Positions 17,537 to 25,171 of a stretch of DNA of 28,583 nt are shown here, piece after piece (the first letter of the stretch is position 1; every line of letters starts with the position of its first letter). A model generated the notes under the pieces. It saw nothing but the letters and a program-made list of their open reading frames with translations, was not told where the DNA came from and did no database searches. Location: the NCBI GenBank assembly GCA_018650165.1, contig JABIGM010000045.1, positions 1 to 28,583 of the forward strand, read 5' to 3'. The position numbers and the translations under genes were made by a program. The DNA comes from Methanobacteriota archaeon. Lineage in GTDB: Archaea; Thermoplasmatota; Poseidoniia; Poseidoniales; Poseidoniaceae.

Positions 17537-18481
17537 ATGCGAGCACTAGTTACCGGAGGGGCTGGATTCATCGGTTCACATTTAGTCGACCGACTTGTTG
17601 CAAGAGGCGACGACGTTACAGTAGCGGATAATTTGTCATCTGGGGTTCTTGATTTCATCCAAGGCCACATCGACTCTGGAGCAGTTACATTCCACAATAT
17701 TGACCTCAAGGATTTAGACAGTGTAATACCTGTTATGGAAGGCGTCGATATGGTGTACCACCTTGCTGCAAATCCCGATATCAGACTCGGAACTAGGATT
17801 ACAGATACCGACTTGAAAGAAGGCACTATAGTAACTTACAATGTGCTTGAAGCCATGCGCTTATCCGGAGTTGGAAAGATAGCATTTGCATCCTCTTCAG
17901 TAGTGTATGGTGAAGATGCACCAATGCCAACACCTGAGAATCATGGCCCGTGCTTACCAATCTCTCTGTATGGTGCATCCAAACAAGCAGGTGAGGGGCT
18001 AATTGGCTCTTGGGTTGGAACCTTTGGTCTACAGGCATGGATTTTCCGTTTTGCAAATATTATTGGAGAACGTGGTACTCATGGAGTAATTTTTGATTTT
18101 ATTCACAAACTAAGAGCAGATCCAAACCGTCTGGAAGTACTTGGAAATGGCCTTCAAGAAAAGTCCTATATGGAAGTTGGCGATTGTGTCGATGCTATAT
18201 TGCTGGTAGTTAGCAAAACCGACGCACCAATCAATCTTTACAATCTTGGTTCCAGTGACACTTGTAGTGTCAGAAATATCGCAGCAATTGTAATCCGTGA
18301 AACCGGATGTACTGGTGCAAGTATAGATTACACGGGCGGAGACCGTGGTTGGGCCGGAGACATACCTAAGGCTATGCTTGCAATTAACCGGCTTCAGGAT
18401 TTAGGATTCAGGGTCAACTATGATAGTGAGGAAGCCGTGGCCCACACAACCAGAGTCCTCATCGAGGAGATAATGGGGTGA
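17537..18481 (+). CDS. NAD-dependent nucleotide-sugar epimerase/dehydratase (GalE-like extended SDR)
   Basis: TGGAGFIGSH, HLAANPD, ASSSVVYG, YGASK, FRFANIIG. Confidence 0.93.
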   Translation: MRALVTGGAGFIGSHLVDRLVARGDDVTVADNLSSGVLDFIQGHIDSGAVTFHNIDLKDLDSVIPVMEGVDMVYHLAANPDIRLGTRITDTDLKEGTIVTYNVLEAMRLSGVGKIAFASSSVVYGEDAPMPTPENHGPCLPISLYGASKQAGEGLIGSWVGTFGLQAWIFRFANIIGERGTHGVIFDFIHKLRADPNRLEVLGNGLQEKSYMEVGDCVDAILLVVSKTDAPINLYNLGSSDTCSVRNIAAIVIRETGCTGASIDYTGGDRGWAGDIPKAMLAINRLQDLGFRVNYDSEEAVAHTTRVLIEEIMG

Positions 18482-18485
18482 ACAA

Positions 18486-19127
18486 ATGCAGCGAAGAAAT
18501 ATTTCAAACGAAGCCGGAGCCCGAGCCGATGGTATGCTAATGGTCAGTGTACTATTTTTTGCAACACTCGCTTACATTGCACTAACTACGAGCCCAGTTT
18601 ACACAGGGGTCGGGGCCGGGGACAGAGCTCCTGAACTTCAAGGCGAAGTATGGGATGGAAACTCTTGGACCGCATTCAATTTGCATGATACATTTGACGA
18701 AGATTGGATTGAGGGCTCTGGTGAAGGGACTTGGTACATGATTGAATTTATGGATACCAATTGTAGTGCTTGTCAGAATGCTGCAACGAAAACTATTCCG
18801 GAACAACAAGACAAGTGGCTCGGCGATAATCCTCGCCCAACTCCAACCAATACAACTGTGGAATTCTTAGCGGTTTCAATTGCACTCCACCCTGAATCTT
18901 GGGCTTATGGCCAACAAGAAATAAAAGATTTCAAAACCGATTACAACCAAAATTTCCCTTTCATGGATGACCATGACAATTCAAACAGTGATGCTTGGGA
19001 GATTGGTGGAACACCGTCTTACTTCCTCATTGCACCAAATGGGCTGATTGAGTTCGCTTCACCTGAGGATAATTCGAAAACAGTATGGGATGTAATGGAA
19101 AATAAGATTCCTAGAGGTGATGCTTGA
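18486..19127 (+). CDS. Membrane-anchored TlpA/redoxin-like thioredoxin-fold protein, CSAC motif
   Basis: N-terminal TM, GDRAPEL, IEFMDTNCSAC, GGTPSYFLIAPNG. Confidence 0.85.
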   Translation: MQRRNISNEAGARADGMLMVSVLFFATLAYIALTTSPVYTGVGAGDRAPELQGEVWDGNSWTAFNLHDTFDEDWIEGSGEGTWYMIEFMDTNCSACQNAATKTIPEQQDKWLGDNPRPTPTNTTVEFLAVSIALHPESWAYGQQEIKDFKTDYNQNFPFMDDHDNSNSDAWEIGGTPSYFLIAPNGLIEFASPEDNSKTVWDVMENKIPRGDA

Positions 19128-19816
19128 TGGCACTAGATGCAAATACCCAACTGATGTTCCACTGGATTCCAATCGTTTTTGGTATGTTCCTTATGTCTCC
19201 ATTAGGTGAAGGCCTAGCCATGAACTTATCTTCTAAGTGGCCAAGTTTGTCTACCACTCGTGGCAGGACACTTGGTGGAATACTGTCTGTAGCCCTTGGA
19301 GGCTTTACAGTTTCAGCACACACACTTTGGATCCACAACAAAGCCAATGAAATGGGCGGTGCCAGTTTCTGTAGCGCAGATGGCATTTGGGATTGCTCAA
19401 GTGTAATTGGGAACTCGGACTGGAATACAATGCCATTCATTGGACTACCTTGGGGAATAGTTGGAATGCTAGCCTTTGCACTATTCATGTGGCTTATTAT
19501 CTCAGTTGCTAAGGAGCCCACAGCCAGTTGGGTCTTAATGCATCTAAAGGTGGGCACTAATCTTGGAATACTTGGAATTGGTATGATATTCTATCTGATA
19601 TATGCCGAATATGATATCGGCAAACTATGCCAGTATTGTACAACAGCACACGTTGCGCATGTAGTAAGCACATTCGGATTCTTCAGACTAGGCTCAATGT
19701 ATGGTAGTAGTGCTTGGGGAATCGGCGCATCAAGTGATGAAAACTCTTCTTCACGCGACCGCAAATCTAAGCGCGGCGGGTATGTCGCCCCAAAGTTGGC
19801 CTCTGAGGAGGAATGA
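19127..19816 (+). CDS. Vitamin K epoxide reductase (VKOR) family protein
   Basis: Loop cysteines FCSADGIWDCSSV, GLPWGIVG, active-site LCQYC; ATG 19127 (TGATG overlap, SD GAGGTGA). Confidence 0.9.
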   Translation: MALDANTQLMFHWIPIVFGMFLMSPLGEGLAMNLSSKWPSLSTTRGRTLGGILSVALGGFTVSAHTLWIHNKANEMGGASFCSADGIWDCSSVIGNSDWNTMPFIGLPWGIVGMLAFALFMWLIISVAKEPTASWVLMHLKVGTNLGILGIGMIFYLIYAEYDIGKLCQYCTTAHVAHVVSTFGFFRLGSMYGSSAWGIGASSDENSSSRDRKSKRGGYVAPKLASEEE

Positions 19817-20343
19817 ACGTGAAGGAAGGCAGCTGGTGGATGGTATTCACCGTAGTCTGCCTTGTATCACTCGTCGGACTGTTGGAGTATGAAGGACAAA
19901 TTGACATATTTGGTGAGTCCAAATCTAGTACAAGCCCTCTTGAGAATACTTCTGATGAAATGCATCCACTAAGCGAAAGTTGCTTGAACGGTCATGATGG
20001 AATGGCAATGCACTTCCACCCATACCTAACTATTGTTATTGACGGTGATGAATACGCAATAGCACAAAATACTGGAATTGACACTGAAACATGTCCTGAT
20101 GCAATGCATATGACTCACACACATGATGCATCAGGAAAATTACATGTTGAAAGCCACACTGTTGAAGAGGTGCCACTAGAGGTATTCTTTGATGTATGGG
20201 GCGTGCACTTCGATAACACAGGTATTCTTGATTACCGTGATGGAACAATTGAGATGACAGTGAATGGTCAAGAAAGCATGGATTATCAGAATTTAATTCT
20301 TGAAGATGGTCAGAATATTGTGATCACCTATACTTCCAATTGA
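19813..20343 (+). CDS. Membrane-anchored His-rich putative metal-binding protein
   Basis: N-terminal TM; MHFHP.L.I.IDG, NTGI, C..MHMTHTHD.SG.LHVES, FFDVWG; beta-grasp-like end VNG..LEDGQNIVITY; ATGA overlap with VKOR. Confidence 0.82.
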   Translation: MNVKEGSWWMVFTVVCLVSLVGLLEYEGQIDIFGESKSSTSPLENTSDEMHPLSESCLNGHDGMAMHFHPYLTIVIDGDEYAIAQNTGIDTETCPDAMHMTHTHDASGKLHVESHTVEEVPLEVFFDVWGVHFDNTGILDYRDGTIEMTVNGQESMDYQNLILEDGQNIVITYTSN

Positions 20344-20613
20344 TTACGGCGCATAGATTCCTTCAAAGTACAGGAAGTCTGTATTCGTTGTAATTGGCTC
20401 CATCCGATGCACTGTAACATCAACTCTTGAACTAGTTTGGTAGGCCTTACGCAATTCATGAAGTAATTGTTGATGAACAGAAGAAACATCGTCTGCACGG
20501 ATCATAGAGAGATGTCTATGACTTTCTTCATCAACCTGAACAGTATACTCTACCATCCAGGCTTTTGCACTTGTAAGGCCCCAGTCTTCAGAGGGATTGT
20601 GTGTTGGTTCCAT
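20344..20613 (-). CDS. Hypothetical protein (89 aa)
   Basis: Protein-like composition, TTGAAA at -29, stop abuts the convergent gene with no gap. Confidence 0.7.
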   Translation of the reverse strand: MEPTHNPSEDWGLTSAKAWMVEYTVQVDEESHRHLSMIRADDVSSVHQQLLHELRKAYQTSSRVDVTVHRMEPITTNTDFLYFEGIYAP

Positions 20614-20720
20614 AGTTATACATTACACTCCAACCTTTTCAAGCCTTTGGTCGGTTTGTGTATCTTTTACCGGAAAACAGTAATAAAATCCACTAAAAGA
20701 TAATTTTTAGCGGTAATATC

Positions 20721-21524
20721 TCACTCTTCTTCCGAATTAGGGGGCCTGTTTGAGGGGATAAATACTAGCAATCCACCTAAGAATATACAAATAGCCAAAA
20801 TCTGAAGCAAGTTATCATCTGCATCTTCTTGCAAAACTTGGTTACTAATTTCGACAACACCGTATGGTTCTCCTCCTTCAACCGGTTCATGGATTAGAAT
20901 AACTGACCACACTTCCGGAAGTTCTAGGTCACCGTATATTGTGATATTTGACCCAGAGTCAATCACCTTCATGCCGATTAGAACTCGATCTCGAGTATCC
21001 TCTCCAGGATTATCGGCAGATGCGGGAACCACTTTTCCATGTTCGAGAACCATGAGAGTAAGTTGTCCATTTGCAGGAGTTGGAATTGCGAATTCCCCAT
21101 CCACCAAACTTAGTGCGATATCTTCGGGGGCTTGCCGATTACTCTCTTGTGATAATATCTTTTTTTGGACATCTGCCCAGGAATCATAACCTTCGGCAGC
21201 TTTTACTCCATCAACGAAAAAGGTAGGTGTGCCGTAATTTGTCTCATCATTCTGCATCTGGTATTCGATTCTTGCGCGGCTTGCATTATTTTCAAAGGCA
21301 TCATCAATATGCAATCCCACAATGGCAGTTCGTGCCCCATGTGATCTGGCAACCATTGATAATTCAGGATCTATTTCGGCACATGAAGGACACCAAATCG
21401 CAGTTCGCTCCTCAACCAGTACTGTCCTTTTCAACCAATGCTGCTCAACACTCTCTTCTGCAATCGCAGTGGTTATGGACGAGAGGCACAAAGCCAGGAT
21501 GAGTACGGCCAGAATGTGCCTCAT
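20721..21524 (-). CDS. Secreted, C-terminally anchored thioredoxin-fold protein (Omp28/DUF1223-like), CPSC motif
   Basis: Signal peptide; VLVEERTAIWCPSC; YGTPTFFVDG; C-terminal TM; TTCATG at -31. Confidence 0.8.
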   Translation of the reverse strand: MRHILAVLILALCLSSITTAIAEESVEQHWLKRTVLVEERTAIWCPSCAEIDPELSMVARSHGARTAIVGLHIDDAFENNASRARIEYQMQNDETNYGTPTFFVDGVKAAEGYDSWADVQKKILSQESNRQAPEDIALSLVDGEFAIPTPANGQLTLMVLEHGKVVPASADNPGEDTRDRVLIGMKVIDSGSNITIYGDLELPEVWSVILIHEPVEGGEPYGVVEISNQVLQEDADDNLLQILAICIFLGGLLVFIPSNRPPNSEEE

Positions 21525-21597
21525 TGGACAGATGGGGGCCTATCCCGTCCATGAAGTTATCATGGAGGTGCTTCCCCGATTGATTTGAGGGTGTACA

Positions 21598-22341
21598 ATG
21601 GTTGACCGCTGGGTTCAAGATCATCAACGTGATTCTTGGCGTAAGCAAGCAAAGGCCAGTGGATATAGAGCCCGTTCCGCATTCAAATTAAAGCAAATTC
21701 AAGATCGCCACAAACTCATCGAGGCAGAAGATAGTGTACTAGATGTCGGATGCCATCCTGGTGGTTGGGCGCAAGTTGCGGTAGAATTAGTAGGAGAGAA
21801 AGGCAAAGTTGTCGGAGTTGACCTGAAATCGTGTGTACCTGTTGAGGGTGCAAATTTGATTATTGGAGATATTACCGACCCATTTGCCCAGCAAACTGTT
21901 CTCGATGCAATCGATACAGAGGTAATCGATGTTATAATTTCAGATATTTCACCTAATATTACTGGAAAATGGGACATAGACCAAGCAGTATCGCTTATGC
22001 TTGTCGCAGATGTTTTTGATTTTGCACTTCCAATCCTCAAGTATGGTGGTCACTTTGTAACAAAACTATTCCAAGGAGTAGGGGTTGAAGAGATGATAGA
22101 ACTCGTGCGACCTCATTTCCAAACAGTGAAGAGATTCTCACCAATGGCAAGTAGAAACTCATCATCTGAAGTATATCTTGTCTGTAAATTCCACACTCCA
22201 AAAAGAGGTCCGGATTGGCATATCAGGCCTGCATTCGAGTATGCACTAGAAAACCGCAAGGGTGGGCCTGAGCCACTTGATGAGGTGGAGCCAGCAAAAT
22301 CTACGTTCAGTGTCCGTAAGAAATCATCTCTTAATGAGTGA
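21598..22341 (+). CDS. rlmE: 23S rRNA (uridine-2'-O)-methyltransferase RlmE/FtsJ
   Basis: GYRARSAFKLKQI, VLDVGCHPGGW, IISDISPN, KLFQG, ASRNSSSEVYL. Confidence 0.95.
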   Translation: MVDRWVQDHQRDSWRKQAKASGYRARSAFKLKQIQDRHKLIEAEDSVLDVGCHPGGWAQVAVELVGEKGKVVGVDLKSCVPVEGANLIIGDITDPFAQQTVLDAIDTEVIDVIISDISPNITGKWDIDQAVSLMLVADVFDFALPILKYGGHFVTKLFQGVGVEEMIELVRPHFQTVKRFSPMASRNSSSEVYLVCKFHTPKRGPDWHIRPAFEYALENRKGGPEPLDEVEPAKSTFSVRKKSSLNE

Positions 22342-22403
22342 TTGTTTACTTTTAACGTGGCTTAGGAAGCATTGATTATGGTAGAATTAATCCAAATCGA
22401 TTC

Positions 22404-22802
22404 ATGCCAACAAAGCCTAGCATAAACAATTCCGAGCCGGACGAACGAACAAAATCGATTTTGTCTGCAATGAAAAGTCAAACGAACCCTGTGACTTCAA
22501 GGGCAATTAGACAACGAGTTGTAGATTTGCTTCCAAACGAACCAGTTAATCGACTAGAGTTGGTTGTTTTACGAAGGTATCCGCGTCGTTTGGTTAATTC
22601 TGCGAACTACACCGGTTCACTTGCCGCAGCATGTGGCAGAGATGAGACTGGACTGGTTGGAATTGTATTGTGGGGTGACCAAGTAAAGCAGGTCAAAACG
22701 GGTGACATAATACGAATTGAGAATGGTTGGTGCCGTAAACGTAATGGTGAAATTATTGTTTCAACGGGTAGAAATGGTTCACTTATGGTAATTGAGAGAT
22801 GA
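22404..22802 (+). CDS. Single OB-fold ssDNA-binding protein (SSB/RPA-like)
   Basis: DETG.V.IVLWGDQ..VKTGDIIRIENGW..G...VSTGRNG pattern of single-OB archaeal SSBs. Confidence 0.82.
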   Translation: MPTKPSINNSEPDERTKSILSAMKSQTNPVTSRAIRQRVVDLLPNEPVNRLELVVLRRYPRRLVNSANYTGSLAAACGRDETGLVGIVLWGDQVKQVKTGDIIRIENGWCRKRNGEIIVSTGRNGSLMVIER

Positions 22803-22867
22803 ACCACTTTGCCGCGCAAGGATAAAGAGGGAGAGGTCGTGGCCGAAACGCACTGAGGTGTAATATC

Positions 22868-23032
22868 ATGTCTGACCGCGCTACTGTCTGTTCCTCATCT
22901 GGAGTCCCTTTGGTTGACAAAGGATCTACAACATTTCCATGCCCATCTTGTGGTGAATCCATTGGTCGCAGCCCTCGCTGTAGAAACCAAGGTGTCGCAT
23001 ATGTTTGTGCTTGTGGCTTCCAGGGGCCTTGA
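22868..23032 (+). CDS. Small zinc-finger protein, DUF1610 / HVO_2753 family (54 aa; not in ORF track)
   Basis: MSDRATVCSSSGVPLVDKGSTTFPCPSCGESIGRSPRCRNQGVAYVCACGFQGP; SD GAGGTG at 22855-22860; directly upstream of EF-1beta, the usual archaeal synteny. Confidence 0.92.
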   Translation: MSDRATVCSSSGVPLVDKGSTTFPCPSCGESIGRSPRCRNQGVAYVCACGFQGP

Positions 23033-23050
23033 AAACACTAGGTGATTTCT

Positions 23051-23323
23051 ATGGGAATGGTCGCACTAACTTACAAAGTAATGCCTGATTCTAGTATTGA
23101 CGATGTATCTGCTGATGATATCGCAACACAAATTACAGCACTGAAGGACGAAACATTCGATGTCCAACTTTGCGAAACCAAGCCACTTGCGTTTGGACTA
23201 AAATTCATTCAAGTGCACGTTGTAATGAACGACGGCTCTGGATTATCCGATATCTTCGAAGAAAAGATGCGTGCTATTTCCGGCACCGGTGAAATCGAAG
23301 TTCTATCAATGGGACTTCTTTGA
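23051..23323 (+). CDS. ef1b: Translation elongation factor aEF-1beta
   Basis: MGMVALTYKVMP, KPLAFGLK, GEIEV; ATG 23051 follows SD AGGTGA. Confidence 0.95.
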   Translation: MGMVALTYKVMPDSSIDDVSADDIATQITALKDETFDVQLCETKPLAFGLKFIQVHVVMNDGSGLSDIFEEKMRAISGTGEIEVLSMGLL

Positions 23324-23355
23324 AGTCAAATAATACAAATTGTATTTTGATCAAC

Positions 23356-24753
23356 TTACAATTGTTGTAACGGAGTTCGCATGAACTCACGAAGTAAAGT
23401 TGTAGCATAACTTCCAGATGGAAGAATAAATCTGAATCTAATACATGCGCCTTCGGGGTTCCATAATTCCCCGTCCTGGACTCCAGCCCCCCATTTCTCG
23501 CCCATAGTCTCATCTCCTGCAATAGGGACCGACTCATATTGGAATTCACTGAATGTTGTGACTAAAGGTCGTCGTGTTCCCTTTGTTGTGAGTCGACCTA
23601 TCCTCTCTACTTCCCAAGTACATTCTGAAAGTCCCATTTCATTGAGGACCTGCTGTTCAATTTCTCCAAACTCGCCATCAGGTGTGTTCGTAATAGAGCC
23701 CGGTAATTGTCCGGTAACGACTAGCCGTCCGAGTTGGCAATTCCGAGTAATACGGCTAAGAGTACGTTCCTCTACAGATACCATCGATGAAGTTTCTAGC
23801 TGGCCATTTTCATCAACACGTCCTACTAAGTCACCACTGACTGGGGTAGAGAGTGAAAGCCCTGCATCAATTCTTGCTTTTATTGTACGATTAAAGGCGA
23901 CAGACTGTAGTGAGTGGACAGTCATCAATTGAAGATTATTTGGGAGTTTACGGAAAGCTCCAATCCAATCTCCGGGATTAGCAACAATATGGCGCAACAG
24001 ATCCCGCTCAAATCCAAGCCAATGAGGAATAATTTCCAGTGCTGCCTCAGTTGGTCCATTGTCACGAATGTATTTTCGGAATGCGGACACATCATCATTT
24101 TCATCTCCCTCAAATGAGAGATATGCCATTACTGCACCTTCCCAGTCCCCCGAAATAACATGCCGTCCAACAACCGGGGTAACCGGCCTTCCTGCACCAA
24201 ATCTCTGAGGGCCAATCCAATTTGGAAATAGGCCATCGCCCAATTTTTCTTTCATAGTAGATTCAATTTTTGCAATATGGTCCATTGCTTCGGAATCAGT
24301 CATTGGAGTGCCATCTGGATGGCAGCAACCTCTTGCAACAATCGTAAATCGATTGCCTCTATGATTTCCAAAGCCCAACTTTTGGTGGGTTCTTCCAATG
24401 ATTTCGATATCAACATCTGGTAAACTAACATTAGAAACTCGCTTCATTGGAGCATCAATAATGAATACCTGGCGTGTCACTGCTCGCTTATCTTTGGTTC
24501 CAGCAAAGAAAATACGATTTCGTGAAATACCACACGCTGAAGCCAGTTTGGAAATGAAGCGATTGGTTTCCCAATTTGTTAATGTGACATTTGCAGCTGT
24601 AAAGCGACCCTTCGGGTCCAAACTGATTTTGGTTGAGATTTCCTCAACACGGAAATCTGCAACTCTTGCCTTTAGTACTCCGCCGATACCTTCTGAATCA
24701 ACAGCGTATCCTGTTAGGCCAATAGAATTGGCGAGGCTATCCTCGACAAGCAT
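23356..24753 (-). CDS. truD: tRNA pseudouridine(13) synthase TruD
   Basis: DFRVEE, FAGTKDKRAVTRQ, GNRFTI, PNWIGPQRFG, F.LPSGSYAT..LRE. Confidence 0.95.
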   Translation of the reverse strand: MLVEDSLANSIGLTGYAVDSEGIGGVLKARVADFRVEEISTKISLDPKGRFTAANVTLTNWETNRFISKLASACGISRNRIFFAGTKDKRAVTRQVFIIDAPMKRVSNVSLPDVDIEIIGRTHQKLGFGNHRGNRFTIVARGCCHPDGTPMTDSEAMDHIAKIESTMKEKLGDGLFPNWIGPQRFGAGRPVTPVVGRHVISGDWEGAVMAYLSFEGDENDDVSAFRKYIRDNGPTEAALEIIPHWLGFERDLLRHIVANPGDWIGAFRKLPNNLQLMTVHSLQSVAFNRTIKARIDAGLSLSTPVSGDLVGRVDENGQLETSSMVSVEERTLSRITRNCQLGRLVVTGQLPGSITNTPDGEFGEIEQQVLNEMGLSECTWEVERIGRLTTKGTRRPLVTTFSEFQYESVPIAGDETMGEKWGAGVQDGELWNPEGACIRFRFILPSGSYATTLLREFMRTPLQQL

Positions 24754-24766
24754 GTTCTAACACATC

Positions 24767-25024
24767 TCAAATGTTTAGAGCAGCGTAATCGCCTTTGATG
24801 TCACCAAGCAACTTCATGAGGAGCTTGGCGGGGTCTACTCCCTTGTTAGTACGAATAAAGAATTCCGGGTCATCTAATTCAGGGTGGCCGGGGAAATAAT
24901 TAGCATAATCGACTCCTTTGTCGCTGTTTAATCTCTCACGGAGAACCTGTAGTGAGGTGTGAGATTCTCCAATAAAGCGAACACGAAGTTCGTTTGCATC
25001 GCGGGCGAGGACCTTAACTGGCAT
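24767..25024 (-). CDS. rpoL: DNA-directed RNA polymerase subunit L (Rpo11)
   Basis: GESHT..L...L...GV.YA.Y..GHP......IRT pattern of the RPB11/RpoL family. Confidence 0.9.
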   Translation of the reverse strand: MPVKVLARDANELRVRFIGESHTSLQVLRERLNSDKGVDYANYFPGHPELDDPEFFIRTNKGVDPAKLLMKLLGDIKGDYAALNI

Positions 25025-25171
25025 AGTGAACGATGCTGGCGTCCAGCCTCGCGTTCATGAACCTTTGGCTTTATTTCGGGAAAATCGCTATTGAAAATGG
25101 GATAGAAAATCGTACTATAGATGACTTTCCCACCCTTCTCGCTTTTGTACTGAATCGGACCCCAGCAGAAT

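Noticed and set aside
17199-17549. Plus-strand 116-aa hydrophobic ORF
   Set aside because: Antisense to the better-supported 17118..17372 gene and runs through its promoter.
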